Of a stretch of DNA of 32,000 nucleotides, positions 1 to 11,600 are shown piece by piece (position 1 is the stretch's first letter; each line of letters begins with the position of its first letter). The notes below the pieces were generated by a model. It worked only from the letters and a program-made list of their open reading frames with translations, searched no databases and was not told where the DNA came from. Where the stretch lies: the NCBI RefSeq assembly GCF_000195855.1, contig NC_002677.1:1920001-1952000 (forward strand). The letters are read 5' to 3'. The translations under genes were made by a program, and so were the position numbers. The DNA is from Mycobacterium leprae TN. Lineage in GTDB: Bacteria > Actinomycetota > Actinomycetes > Mycobacteriales > Mycobacteriaceae.

Positions 1-439
1 AGCAATGAGCCCAGTGTGAATACGAGGACAGACCCCATGAATAGTTGCTGGAACCTAATCGGTCAGCAACTCAACCTGCCCATGGGATCATGGCGGCCCG
101 CGCAAGTGTGTAACCGGTCATCGTCCAGGCAACGGCAGCCTGCGTGGACTCGAACACGCAAATGTAAGGTGCACTGTGCAACGCTGACAACCATGGTGTC
201 GAGGTTCGACAGGAATAAAACCAACACACACACCGACGATCCGGAGCAGCCCGGCGTCCAGCTTGCTGGATAGCTATATTCTCCGACATCTGACTGTTTG
301 ATGCCGGTGGCGGTTAGCGAGCCGAAGGTTGCTGCAGGATGCGCCTTCTCCATAGCCCTGCTGGGGATATCGACCCCACGACCGGCGTGCACCCAAGGAC
401 ACAATCTCGCCTCAAAATGTTGAGGTAACGCAAAAAATG

Positions 440-496
440 CGTCAACACACCGGATATATGTCAACATTGTTGACATATATCCGGTGTGTTGACGCG
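440..496. repeat. Perfect inverted repeat (28-nt arms, 1-nt centre); candidate regulator operator or hairpin
   Basis: Read directly: GCGTCAACACACCGGATATATGTCAACA (440-467), T (468), TGTTGACATATATCCGGTGTGTTGACGC (469-496). The right arm is the exact reverse complement of the left. Confidence 0.97.
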
Positions 497-909
497 CCAC
501 TCCGTTACCTACCCTCTCGGGCGGGAGCCGCTTGTACGACCAGAAATTTCCGCCGTAATGCGTTCGGCTCAGCCTTACGCTCCCGAATTCTTTTGCCTAC
601 ATATGCTGTCGACGTCTTCTGGCCTGTCGAGCGCCAAACTGTCACGTAACACAGGCATCACACCACAGGTTATAAATATCATTTATAAATACCATACTGC
701 GCAAACCGGAAGACACTGACGTTGTGGCACGTCCCGCGTTGGCGTCCTCCGAGTGTGCACTACTAGCGACGCTGACCGGTCCGAGGGGCGCCTTGTTGAA
801 ACACGCGGATAGTGCGATCCGCATAGCTGATGGCCGCATCTTAGACAAACTGGGTGCACCGCAGCAGCGTGAGTTCAAGCGAATGCTCTACCAGCTCGGA
901 TCCAACTGA
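487..909 (+). pseudogene. Decayed MarR-family transcriptional regulator (Rv2887-like)
   Basis: Fragments in different frames: 'VDAPLRYLPSRAGAA', 'VRPEISAVMRSAQPYAPEFFCLHMLSTSSGLSSAKLSRNTGITPQVIN', and 'MARPALASSECALLATLTGPRGALLKHADSAIRIADGRILDKLGAPQQREFKRMLYQLGSN'. They match the recalled Rv2887 protein along its length. Position next to amiC is as in M. tuberculosis. The start is approximate. Confidence 0.8.
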
Positions 910-912
910 CAG

Positions 913-2319
913 CTAGTCGCCAATTTGAATCCGCGCCCACGGCCGAGCCTCTTCGAGTTCAAATGCCAGTTCCAATAGTTGCGCTTCCTGACCAAAGTCA
1001 GCGGTGAACATCATGCCCACCGGCATACCATCAGCGGATTGGGCCAACGGCAGCGAAATCGCCGGCTCCCCAGTGACGTTTTGCAACGGAGTGAAAGCGA
1101 CCCAGCCCATCAGCCGGTCCATCACCTGCTGATAGTCGGTGGGAGTGAGGTACCCTATCCGCGGTGTCTCGTCAGCGACCGTTGGAGTAAGTAATACATC
1201 GTAGGTAGCGAAAAAGTCAGCGGTGCGACGCCGCAGCCTACGCAAACGCATGATTGCCTTGGGGAGCCGGTGCATGTTGCGGCTGGCGTGGCGATCCAGG
1301 CCCAGCGTCAAACTGTCCAGCTTGGTGCGGTCGAACGTGTTGCCGAACGCGAGCCGGCCGGTCCGCACCTGCATCGCCGCCAACAGTCCCCAATACAGCA
1401 GGAAATCGTCCGGGAAATTAGGCGGCACCGGGGGCTCGGCAACCCGTTCGACGCGATGGCCCAGCTCCTCGAGCAGCCTAGCCGACTTCAGTGTGAGCTC
1501 GCGTAGTTCGGGGCTACACTCGCGCTGAACCGAACGCGTCACCACGGCAATCCGAAGCCGTTGCCGACCGGGCTGCGTGACGTCTCCGACCGGCGGCAGC
1601 TTGGGGTTGTGCCAAATACGCTCAGCCTCTCTATAGAAGGCCGCAGTGTCCCGCACCGAGCGGGTCAGCACGCCGTTGACTACGATGCCCACCGGAAGCC
1701 GGCGCAGCTCGGAATCCAGCGGCAATCGTCCGCGTGACGGCTTGAGCCCGACAAGCCCGTTGCAGGAGGCCGGAATACGAATCGACCCGCCACCATCGTT
1801 GGCGTGCGCCATCGGGACTACACCGGCGGCGACGAACGCACCCGATCCCGAAGACGAGGCCCCGGCAGTGTAGTCGGTGTCCCATGGGTTGCGAACCGGC
1901 CCTAGACGCATATGTTCAGCGGAGGCGCTGAACCCGAATTCTGACAACTGCGTCTTGCCCAAAGATACCGGTCCGGTGGCCAAATACAGCCGGGTGAACT
2001 CTCCGTCGTCGAACGCATTTCGGGGCACCCATGCGTCGCTGCCACGCATCGTCGGCTGTCCAGCGACATCGATGTTGTCCTTGATGAAGGTCGGGACACC
2101 GCTAAAGAAGCCACTGCCTGCTTTCGACGCGGTCTGCCGAGCCCACTGAAACGCCTCATAAGCCAAGCCACCCAAGGCCGGGTTAACGGCCTCGGTCCGC
2201 ACAATGGCCGCCTCGATGACATCGGCTCTGCTGACCCAACCGGCTCGGATAGCGTCGGCTAGACCGACCGCGTCGAGATCGCCGAGGGCGTCGTCACCGA
2301 AAGCGTGCACACGTTGCAT
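913..2319 (-). CDS. amiC: Amidase-signature family amidase
   Basis: 468 aa ORF with GVPTFIKDNIDVAGQPTMRGSDAW and the Gly/Ser-rich DYTAGASSSGSGAFVAAGVVPMAHANDGGGSIRIPASCNGLVGLKPSRGR amidase signature. Adjacent to tsf. Confidence 0.9.
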   Translation of the reverse strand: MQRVHAFGDDALGDLDAVGLADAIRAGWVSRADVIEAAIVRTEAVNPALGGLAYEAFQWARQTASKAGSGFFSGVPTFIKDNIDVAGQPTMRGSDAWVPRNAFDDGEFTRLYLATGPVSLGKTQLSEFGFSASAEHMRLGPVRNPWDTDYTAGASSSGSGAFVAAGVVPMAHANDGGGSIRIPASCNGLVGLKPSRGRLPLDSELRRLPVGIVVNGVLTRSVRDTAAFYREAERIWHNPKLPPVGDVTQPGRQRLRIAVVTRSVQRECSPELRELTLKSARLLEELGHRVERVAEPPVPPNFPDDFLLYWGLLAAMQVRTGRLAFGNTFDRTKLDSLTLGLDRHASRNMHRLPKAIMRLRRLRRRTADFFATYDVLLTPTVADETPRIGYLTPTDYQQVMDRLMGWVAFTPLQNVTGEPAISLPLAQSADGMPVGMMFTADFGQEAQLLELAFELEEARPWARIQIGD

Positions 2320-2354
2320 AGCAACAACGCTAGACGCTCGCGCTCACCGCCAAG

Positions 2355-3185
2355 CTAGGCTTGGCCCACCTCGAACCGAACGAATCGCGTCACCGTCACG
2401 CCGGCCTCGTCAAGCAGGACCTTGACGGTCTTCTTGTTGTCGAAAACCGACGGCTGTTCGAGCAGCACGGAATCCTTGAAGAAACCATTTAGCCGGCCTT
2501 CGACGATCTTGGGCAGCGACTGCTCCGGCTTGCCCGCAGCTTTAGCGGTCTCTTCGGCTATGCGACGTTCACTAGCCAAGACGTCTTCGGGAACATCGTC
2601 GCGGGACAGGAAACGCGCCTTGAGCGCGGCGATCTGCAGCGCGGCCGCATGTGCCGCCGCTGTGCTGTTAGCCGCGTCGGTGCCGGCACCATACTCAACT
2701 AGCACGCCCACCGCTGGCGGCAAGTCAGCCGCGCGCTTGTGTAGGTAGGTTGCCACGGTGCCGTTGAAGATCGCGGCGCGGCGCAGTTTCAGTTTCTCGC
2801 CAATCTTGGCCGCCAGCTCGGCGATCGCTTGCTCGACCGTCTTATCACCGACACTAGCCCCCTTGAGTGCGTCGACGTCAACGATTTTGGCTGCCGCCAC
2901 CACCCCAACGATTTGGTTGGCCAGCTTTTGGAACTCGGCGTTTTTAGCAACGAAGTCCGTTTCGCAGTTCAACTCGATAAGCGCACCATCTTTAGCCGCA
3001 ACCAGGCCCTCGGCAGTGGCCCGTTCGGCACGCTTGCCAACGTCCTTGGCACCCTTGATCCGGAGAGACTCGACAGCCTTGTCGAAGTTTCCGTCGGTTT
3101 CGACCAGCACACTCTTGCAGTCGAGCATGCCGGCACCAGTTAGCGCGCGAAGCCGCTTGACATCAGCGACAGTAAAATTCGCCAT
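2355..3185 (-). CDS. tsf: Translation elongation factor Ts
   Basis: [42 protein letters not shown]... is the canonical EF-Ts N-terminus. The supplied ORF runs to 3254, but the ATG at 3183-3185 is the likely start. Confidence 0.96.
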   Translation of the reverse strand: MANFTVADVKRLRALTGAGMLDCKSVLVETDGNFDKAVESLRIKGAKDVGKRAERATAEGLVAAKDGALIELNCETDFVAKNAEFQKLANQIVGVVAAAKIVDVDALKGASVGDKTVEQAIAELAAKIGEKLKLRRAAIFNGTVATYLHKRAADLPPAVGVLVEYGAGTDAANSTAAAHAAALQIAALKARFLSRDDVPEDVLASERRIAEETAKAAGKPEQSLPKIVEGRLNGFFKDSVLLEQPSVFDNKKTVKVLLDEAGVTVTRFVRFEVGQA

Positions 3186-3186
3186 A

Positions 3187-4020
3187 TCAGGCTTCCGTAG
3201 GGTTGGCTTCTGATAAGTCCGCGCCCGAATCGTTGAGGGCGCTGGAACCAGCACCGGCTAACAGCTCCTGCTCCCATTCCGGGAGCGGCTCAACGGCCTC
3301 CGTTTCGGGCTTGCCATCGCCGCACCTCAGACCGGCACGGACCTGCAAGCCTTCGGCAACCGCGGAGGCGATCACCGTAGTCAACAGCTCCGCCGATCGG
3401 ATCGCGTCGTCGTTGCCCGGGATCGGGTAGTCGACCTCGTCGGGGTCGCAATTAGTGTCCAGGATCGCAATCACCGGGACGCCCAGTTTGCGGGCTTCGC
3501 CAACGGCGATGTGCTCTTTGTTCGTGTCGACAACCCAGATTGCCGACGGCACCTTCGCCATATCCCGGATACCGCCCAGGCTGCGCTCCAGCTTGTTCTT
3601 TTCCCGGGTCAAGCCCAAGATCTCCTTCTTGGTACGACCCTCGAAACCACCAGTCTGCTCCATCGCCTCCAGCTCCTTTAGACGCTGCAACCGCTTATGC
3701 ACGGTGGAGAAGTTGGTGAGCATGCCACCCAGCCAGCGCTGGTTCACATACGGCATGCCGACGCGAGTCGCTTCGGCCGCGACGGACTCCTGCGCCTGCT
3801 TCTTGGTGCCAACGAACAAAACTAAGCCACCGCGGGCGACAGTCTCTTTAACGAACTCGTAGGCCTTGTCGATGAAAGTCAGCGTCTGCTGTAGGTCAAT
3901 GATGTAGATGCCGTTGCGATCAGTGAAAATGAACCTCTTCATCTTGGGATTCCAACGACGGGTCTGGTGCCCGAAGTGGGTGCCGCTGTCAAGCAGCTGT
4001 TTCATGGTCACAACAGCCAT
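3187..4020 (-). CDS. rpsB: 30S ribosomal protein S2
   Basis: [46 protein letters not shown]... is the canonical S2 sequence, upstream of tsf. Start taken at 4020 rather than the ORF-track 4152. Confidence 0.97.
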   Translation of the reverse strand: MAVVTMKQLLDSGTHFGHQTRRWNPKMKRFIFTDRNGIYIIDLQQTLTFIDKAYEFVKETVARGGLVLFVGTKKQAQESVAAEATRVGMPYVNQRWLGGMLTNFSTVHKRLQRLKELEAMEQTGGFEGRTKKEILGLTREKNKLERSLGGIRDMAKVPSAIWVVDTNKEHIAVGEARKLGVPVIAILDTNCDPDEVDYPIPGNDDAIRSAELLTTVIASAVAEGLQVRAGLRCGDGKPETEAVEPLPEWEQELLAGAGSSALNDSGADLSEANPTEA

Positions 4021-4387
4021 AGTGAGCCCATGTCCTTTTCGTGTCGGTTGTTCGCCTGGCTTCAGCTGAAGCCGGGCCCTGGCGTCTGCTTGCAATGCCG
4101 GACCCAGTCGAGGAAACCCCCGGCCGGGACCCTCCCGGCATGCGGTGCGCACTCTCTAGTGGAACTCGAAAGACGCGGTACAGGCGCGCGAAACTTAGCC
4201 CGCTAACGAGCTGCAACCAGGAGTTTACACCGATCCAGCCGGCGGCTTGACACGTCCACAGCGACATCCACGTACAGAGAACCAGAAGCGGCGGCTGACC
4301 AAGCCTTCAGCGCGAAGCTGAACTAGTTAAGGTGCGTTGGGTGACACTAATCGTGAGTAATGACCCTGGTCAGCACGACATAGGAAG

Positions 4388-4795
4388 TTGCCGACGGCCC
4401 CTCGGCTGGATTGGCCTTTGCGTCCCTCACCGGCCATCGTGCTGGACTTGACGCCCCCTGGCCCAGGTAACCCCCTCGTGGGCACCAAGGTGTGGACTTA
4501 TCCGTCGTTCCTTTCAGCCGGTATACGCGGCAAGGTCGTGCGACCGTCATGTTCGCCGGGCAGCTTGCCGGCCGGCTGTGTCGCTGGCGCACTTCGACGG
4601 TCTGTACACTAGCTATGAGCCCAGTCCGAGCGACCGTTGAAGTCGGTCAGCAAGTGATGTCCAAGACTCAAGAATGTGGTCGGCGAATTGGCCGCCGGGA
4701 ACCTCGGCTGCCCAGCCGCGGCGTGTCTGCATTGAGGCGCTATGGGGTCCGGCGTCCGACGCTGATTATGCCGATCTGCTGAGCCTGCTTAAATC
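4388..4795 (+). pseudogene. Decayed M23-type peptidase / LysM-associated secreted protein (Rv2891-like)
   Basis: Fragments across frames: 'RLDWPL', 'GRATVMFAGQLAGR', 'SPVRATVEVGQQVM', and 'IEALWGPASDADYADLLSLLKS' at the 3' end. They match an M23 peptidase C-terminal region. Position after rpsB is as in M. tuberculosis. Confidence 0.7.
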
Positions 4796-4843
4796 TTAAA
4801 TATCGACTGCCATCCGACTCAAACCGCTGAACCATTGACAGCA

Positions 4844-5824
4844 TCACGCCCGCGGGTGAGCCTGGTCGTGCACCACACGCAGCCGTGAGACCGCCACGTG
4901 GGTGTACAGTTGGGTGGTCGCCAGACTGGAATGCCCTAGCAATTCCTGGACGACACGCAGGTCAGCACCGCCTTCAAGCAAATGAGTGGCTGCGCTGTGC
5001 CGCAGCCCATGCGGTCCCATGTCGGGTGCACCGGCTACCACGGCCACGGTTTGGTGCACCACCGTGCGGGCCTGGCGCACGTCGAGCCGTCGCCCCCGTG
5101 ATCCCAGGAGTAGTGCTGGCCCGGACTCTACGGTGACCAAAGCCGGGCGCCCGTCGTCCAGCCAGCCGCGCAGCGCGTCAGCGGCCGGTACCCCAAACGG
5201 CGCGGTGCGCTGTTTATTGCCCTTACCCAGGACACGCACCAGCCGGTGCCGGGTGTCCACATCGTCGATGTCCAAGCCGCACAACTCACTCACCCGGATG
5301 CCGGTGGCGTACAACATTTCTACGATCAACCGGTCCCGCAAAGCCAGAGGATCACCCTGCTCGGCGCCGGATTTTGCGGCCGCCATGATCTGCAACGCCT
5401 GATCCTGACGCAGCACCGCCGGCAGGGTGCGATACGCCCTAGGCACCTGTAACCGCGCGGCGGGGTCGGCCGCAAGTTGGCCACGCCACTTCGCCCACGC
5501 GGTGAATGCCTTGACCGCCGAGATGCGACGGGCCAACGTGGTGCGAGCCGCGCCGGCACCGGCCGCCGTAGCCAGCCACGACCGCAGCACCGGCAGGCTC
5601 AGTTGATCTAGCCTGGACCCACGTCCCTCTAGATGGGTCAACAACGACCGCAGGTCGCCCAGATATGCACGACGGGTATGCTCTGAGCGACCGCACCGCA
5701 GCGCTAGGTGCTCATCGAACTCGTCGAGGATCGCCACGCTGTGGTCCGACACTCGACTTACGTTTGCAGATTCAGCACGGCGTTTCGCTGTAGACGCGCC
5801 GAACTGTTGTCGTGACGTTACCAT
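4844..5824 (-). CDS. xerC: Tyrosine recombinase XerC
   Basis: [42 protein letters not shown], and [12 protein letters not shown] contain the R...HxxR...Y catalytic residues. The true start is probably a GTG near '[27 protein letters not shown]', shorter than the ORF as given. Confidence 0.93.
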   Translation of the reverse strand: MVTSRQQFGASTAKRRAESANVSRVSDHSVAILDEFDEHLALRCGRSEHTRRAYLGDLRSLLTHLEGRGSRLDQLSLPVLRSWLATAAGAGAARTTLARRISAVKAFTAWAKWRGQLAADPAARLQVPRAYRTLPAVLRQDQALQIMAAAKSGAEQGDPLALRDRLIVEMLYATGIRVSELCGLDIDDVDTRHRLVRVLGKGNKQRTAPFGVPAADALRGWLDDGRPALVTVESGPALLLGSRGRRLDVRQARTVVHQTVAVVAGAPDMGPHGLRHSAATHLLEGGADLRVVQELLGHSSLATTQLYTHVAVSRLRVVHDQAHPRA

Positions 5825-7200
5825 CCGAAGTTTTTGTTATAAACGAGGTGGTTTTCAATGGTCAGGGCATCGAGCAGCATCCCGGCGAACGCGCGCAGTG
5901 CATCCTCCGAGATGCAGACGATGGGTTCGCCGGGGCTGTTGAACGAGGTGTTTAGCACGACTCCGTGCCTACGCTGCTCGCGTAGCTCACACAGTAGGTC
6001 GGCGTAGCGACCGGTGCCGGGTTCACACGGTTTGCTGACGGACCGTTCCATTAAACATGTACAATTGCTCTATTATCCATGCCAGCTTGGTCGGTGAAGA
6101 TGAAACTTTGCTCCATGTGATGGGGAACGTGTCACAGCCGAACAGGTACCGCGACTCGTCATGTGGCAAAGCGAGAGCAAACAGGCACCATTTTTCGCGC
6201 CGTTTGCTGTTGAGGTGGTCGCGATGCCCAACGCTCGTGGGCCGGACTCCATCCGGCCCTGGCACCAATCCAGCACCTGTTCCCGCCCCACACGCTCGAC
6301 CGCCACTTCGACAGGATCATCGACCTCAACAACGTCAAAGCCCTAGTGCACCAGGTGATCGTGGATGGTATCCGAGGAATACCCGGGACCAAGGTCGGTG
6401 ATACCATCATGCTTAATCAACAAACCATGCTGAGCGCCAACGTGCAGCACAGTTCCCAGCGCTACACCGGCATCGTGTAGTTCCGGCATGAGGTGCAGCG
6501 ACACACCGCGGTCAACGAGACGGGTGTTAGTGACACTGTTCAACCCTATGCCGTTGGCGACACATAAATCGATGTTCGCCAACCGTCTCTAGCACGTAGC
6601 ACGCCGACGAAAACATCAGATCGTCCACGGACACTTGAGCATACGCCACCACGCCTGGTTTTAAGTTCACCACGTCGACGTTGCACCTAATTAGGTGGGA
6701 ACGTAGCTTGTCAAAGCCCAGCGCAATCCGCGCAGGCCGTCTAGGAGGACATCTCAGGACCGGTGGACCACACTGGCACGGCCACACGGTGGTACGGAAG
6801 TGACGAGATCGTCGTCGCGGCCTGATAAGAGCGAACGGGTGCCCACGCATCCATAGCAGGCCAATACCATGGTCTTGCCGAAGTCGTAACGCCCGAATCC
6901 GCAATGATCGCCGACCGACTGGTAGAACAAGACGAGCAAGTGTTCTACATAGATAACAGATAGGAGCGGATTGGGCTTAAGTTCGTTTCCGCGAGCCAGG
7001 TAGATCGATATGATCGGTAAGTATGTATCCTCACCACGCCCGTCAGCGATAAGGACTGCTGCCGAGACCAATCCGGACCAAAGGAACGCCGGAGCAGCAT
7101 GCGCATTGTGGTGTGCCACTCAGTGCACTCAAAATATGCGACGCGGCGGCTGACCGGTAACGAATCGGACGAACTACATATCGTCCAGATCTCACGAATG
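5818..7200 (-). pseudogene. Decayed NodU/CmcH/TobZ-type O-carbamoyltransferase
   Basis: Ordered, frame-shifted motifs on the minus strand: 'AHHNAHAAPAFLWSGLVSAAVLIADGRGE', 'SVGDHCGFGRYDFGKTMVLACYG', 'ANIDLCVANGIGLNSVTNTRLVDRG...DAGVALGTVL', 'REQVLDWCQGRMESGPRALG', and 'HGVVLNTSFNSPGEPIVCISEDALRAF'. These cover the family N- to C-terminus. Confidence 0.85.
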
Positions 7201-7629
7201 TTATTGACCTGTAGCAGATCACATCCTTACACCAGCACATCGACATCATCGATTTCGATGCCCCTTCCCCGAGAAGCTAGTCCACCGCTAGCACAAGCAA
7301 CATCTATCACGAATGCCGAACCCAGTTAAGCCGTTCCTCTTTCGACTTCGACTAAGGGCATCAGCTGCCCATCAACCATAAGTGCGGCAGCGGGATCATC
7401 GTGGCTAGCACCGCGGCATTCACCCCATACCATCGACACCGAGCACAATCATCTCAGCACATCTCTTAGTCACGTGCCAGTTGTCACAGCCGCACGGCAC
7501 CGTTGAGCACGCCGCTTGTCCAATGTTCCCACAACGTGTTTCGTTCCGACCACTGCTCGATCCGGCGCAGCTGAGCTCGCACATCGGAAGTGGATAAGGT
7601 GAAGGTCATCTTCGCAACGGTTGGTCCCA

Positions 7630-8640
7630 GGCTTACTGTGCCGTGGTACATGCGGCAGCACTTGCCGGATACACCGAGTAGCTCGAAATGTTGGGTCGCG
7701 GGCAGTGGCCAAGGACGCGGCGCAACACACCGGCATGCGGGTAGGAAAGCGGGCAAAACCTTGTAACGGCTTCCGAACCGCATAATAGGACCGCTGCCAA
7801 CGTCAGACCTCGCATAGCAGGCTGGCACCGTGTAGATCCACCCCGGACACTTCCTCATGGATATCGACAACGACAGCGGGGCCGGTGGCGCAACAAGCAA
7901 TCTCACACAACACCAGTCGGTCATCAGGCGTGTAAAAAATCTCGGCGTGGAAAGCGCTGATGCCGGGAACGGTCAGCAACGCACCCAAGACCTGCGCAGT
8001 CGGCACACGAATACAGTCGGCCATCGAATTTGATTCCGAGAGTATGGCAACCAGGTAGGAGGCCGCATTGAAACCAACCGAGAACCGGTCGAAATGGGGT
8101 TTGCAGCTCGTTACTGGACTCATACGATGACGCCCATAGTCCATGAGGCAGTTGACGTAGTAGAAGTCGCCGTCTATCTACGCTTCGGCAAGCATCAGTT
8201 CACGCCACATTGAGTAGCTTCGCCCACCGAGAACCCTGTCCAAGTCGTCGACATCGCCCAGCAGGTGGATTCACACCGAAACCACCACGATAGACCGGTT
8301 TGACAAGCACGGGGTAGCGGCGAAGTCCCGTACCGTCACAGCGCTCTACACGCGACGCATTGGCGCCATCTGCAATCAGGCATCGGCGAAGATCAATTTC
8401 ATCACAAACTTGTCCCGGCAGACAGTCGCTGCCGGAGGCATCGCCGCGGTAGTGCATGTACAGTGGACGCAGCAATAAAGAGCATTACAGTAAAGCCTTT
8501 GACTGGCGCCAGAATACAGTGGGCCGTTCAGCAGTAACAGATCGGCCATGAACTCCCGAAGATCGATTTCGCAGCCAGTGAATCGGTCCGCGACGACCAA
8601 CAGCACCCCATCGGGGTTTACCTTTTCCGTGGGCACCACA
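7630..8640 (-). pseudogene. Decayed ATP-grasp superfamily carboxylate-amine ligase-like protein
   Basis: Minus-strand fragments 'KVNPDGVLLVVADRFTGCEIDLREF', 'RRYPVLVKPVYRGGFGV' (ATP-grasp YPVVVKP...G motif) and 'VPGISAFHAEIFYTPDDRLVLCEIACCATGPAVVVDIHEEVSGVDL' (ATP-grasp metal-binding region). Boundaries are approximate. Confidence 0.65.
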
Positions 8641-11600
8641 GCTGGTTAACACGGCGCGATATTGGCCGACCGGTGATAACTGTACTCGGACCGAACCGGG
8701 CCCGCAATCCGGGGACCAAAATTAGACGGCGCAGTATATTCGGGCGGCGAGCGCGGGATCTGGGGGTTCGTCACGCAGTCCGGCGAGATTCAGCCCGAGT
8801 GAGCCGGGTCTGCCGAGTCACCAGGTCACCGGCACAGCGCAGCAACTAATTCAGCATCCGAGTCTCTTCGATCTCAGGGCAATTGGCTATCGTCACCGGC
8901 GCCCGCCAGACCACAGCAGACTCTATCACGATAACTAAAGCATGTTTGAAATCACCTACCCGCACATCGCTTTGCAGCGGCCGACCACCTTCGATAAGCA
9001 GGAGGTCGACGACAGCCGAATCCGTTGCAGCCCAAGCGGAGGCGGTAGCCATCATGGTTATGACAGTTCGGACAAAGTGAGAAATAACTGCATCACCACG
9101 GATAGGCCTTAGCAGCTGTTGAGCAAGAAATAAGGCCAGGGTAAATCGCCAAGTCCCGGGAACGACTTCGTCGGCAGGTGCATCGCTGGCGAGCACCTGC
9201 ACGATCAGCGGACGAGTCGACATCGCGACAACCATCGTGCCGCCGACCCACCATGTAGCTCTAGCAGAGTAAACCCTAACCGCGGCGCAGCACCTCCAGC
9301 GCGGTATCTGACCGGCGAGAAAATACGTACGGAACGCCGTCGCGCTCGACCTCGATCGCGGCACCGGCCGCAGACTCACGAGCAAGTTGTCCGAACCTGT
9401 GCGTTCCATTCATCGGAGCCCCGCATGCAGAGATAAAACGCCACCTTGGGCGGGTCGAACGCAGCGAATAAATGCTCGGGCTGTCGGTGAAATCCACACA
9501 CAGTCGTGCCTCCGGTGACCGCGAGGAGCGCAGCAAAGTGGACTGCGTTGCGCATGCTCCCCGTCGAGCAGCGCTTGGTCAATAGGATGAGCCTGCTTGG
9601 GCCAGTCGGGTACACCGAACCATTACGTGTCGTTGTAGTTGACGAAGAAGAACGTTCGAACTTGGATGGCGCACAGCTATGTCGCCTGGTCAGCGTCGAC
9701 GCCGCGAACCACGACACGACAGCTGTTATCGTCGAGCTCTCTTAGACTGAGCGGATCTACGCCATTGCCATCGTACCGTAAACGCATCCACGGCCCATCG
9801 AGTTCATCCTGGATGCCATGGGTTCTATTGAATTCCTCGATTACAGCTTGCATCCAGTTCACCCACCACTGCAAGGAATGGTCGATAACACCATCCTTGT
9901 CTTTCAGACCCTCTTATCCGAAGTCCGCCGGCGAAGTAACTCAAAATTCGGCAACCGCATCGGCAACCTCGAACGTCGTGTATCCGGGTTTATGCAGCAA
10001 AACTATAGTGGTGAGTTCCGGGGCCCGGGTCGGAGACAGCGACTACCATTGCGTCGGAGACCCGAAAATCAGATGCAGTGCTCTTCAGAACCGCCATTCT
10101 TTCCATCCGCACGGGTGTATCCTTACGGCCGTCGACCGGATCGGAAGCAGTGCTCTTCAAAACAGGCATCCCGTTTATCCTGGCGGAGAGTGCGGTGTGA
10201 ATTGCCGAAAGATACCATCTATCGCGTCACAATTAGGCTATCGGGATTTGTGGTACCTAGGCCATAGCTTGAATTGGACGACCACCATCCCCACCTAAAG
10301 TCAATTCTGCCAAAAATGATATCGGTCCTGCCTGGGAAGGAACTCCAAGCTCTAGCATGGTACTCCAGTCAATACATGAAGAGGTTTCGTCATGCAATTA
10401 CGTCCATAATAGCATATTTTTTGGTCGCGCAGGCAACAGTTCAAATAATTGCAAATAATCGAGCGGTCGATGTCACAACGCAAGCACCGCACGACACTGA
10501 TTGTCGAACACCGCCAACCCTGTCTCGTCTCAATCTCGAGGCGATGGCTACACCTCCACTAAGCTGCGGAATATCCTATCAACACAAGACTAAATACCGC
10601 GACGACACCTAGTGCCATACTTGACCGGATAAAACACCGGATAAAACCTTTAACACCAAACGCCAAATACGATAGGCGCCATTGGCTCCCCGGATTGTCG
10701 AAAATCGCCGGTTAAGCCAAACCAGACCACCAGTCCATAATGGACGACTCGTATATGTCGTCCTCAGAGCTCTCTTCCAGATAGCACCAATTTTCTTTCT
10801 TGGCTTGACCCTAAATTCGGGCGCCACAGTGAGTCTTTGTTGGCTCACAGATTTCCGCGCTAGATTCCTTAGGAGTATCTATTACTCTGCATCCGCAAAC
10901 TTGTCCAGCAGTCCAGTGTGTAAGATTAAAACAATGCTTGACCGCAAAGAAGGAAGCTGTTTTCTTGTTTGTCAGATTATCGTATTCTAATCTACGCAAG
11001 CAAAAATAATTTCCCATCTACGTGAAACTGCCCATAACCCGGTACCATGTATGTGCATAAAATTCAGCATTTCCGATAGTAATGTGGGCGATCCTGGTGG
11101 CGCGCCGAACGGCACGCGTCGATTGTCAGCAAACAGCACAGATCGCCGATCTCTGGCAGCAGAGTAGTCACCAAGCAACGGATCGTCAAGCACCGCCTCG
11201 AATGTATGCAGGGTGACACGGTGTTCCGAATCGACCGCTTCCAGCTGCAGCTGTATGCCCTCGCGGGTGTGTCGACCGTGGAAAACGGTCGTGACGTCGA
11301 TGTCCTGCACGGTGAATACGGGCGGTTCGGACCCGGAATTGCTAACCCTTGGACACCCATTGCGGATCTTCGCGAACGGATAGCATCAATCGTGCAGCAG
11401 TTTTAGATAGCGCTAATCGATCTCGTACACTGGCGCCGCTATGCTACCGGCGCGAGCGAGGCGTGATCAGACCATCACCCTCGGCATTCAACCTAAACAC
11501 ATACCAGAACCCTATGGCCATATAAGGAATCTGGCTGACTCAAACACGGAATCGGTGGGCAACTACTCCACTTTCGGGGTCGTAGTAGAACTCCGAGTTG

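Noticed and set aside
63-500. 145 aa minus-strand ORF reading through the palindrome
   Set aside because: The apparent 'RQHTGYMST.LTYIRCVDA' similarity between this and the plus-strand ORF at 437-649 comes from the palindrome reading the same on both strands. No family recognised for the rest.
1223-1528. Plus-strand ORFs opposite amiC (also 1270-1506 and 1646-1873)
   Set aside because: Arg/Ser-rich shadow ORFs antisense to a well-supported amidase CDS.
9639-10298. 219 aa plus-strand ORF
   Set aside because: Composition is Ser/Thr/His-rich and resembles no family I recognise. Minus-strand readings of the same DNA look equally protein-like. Treated as chance ORF in decayed DNA.
10832-10857. 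Small inverted repeat around GTGAG...CTCAC
   Set aside because: Arms of only 5-6 nt with no U-tract; expected by chance.
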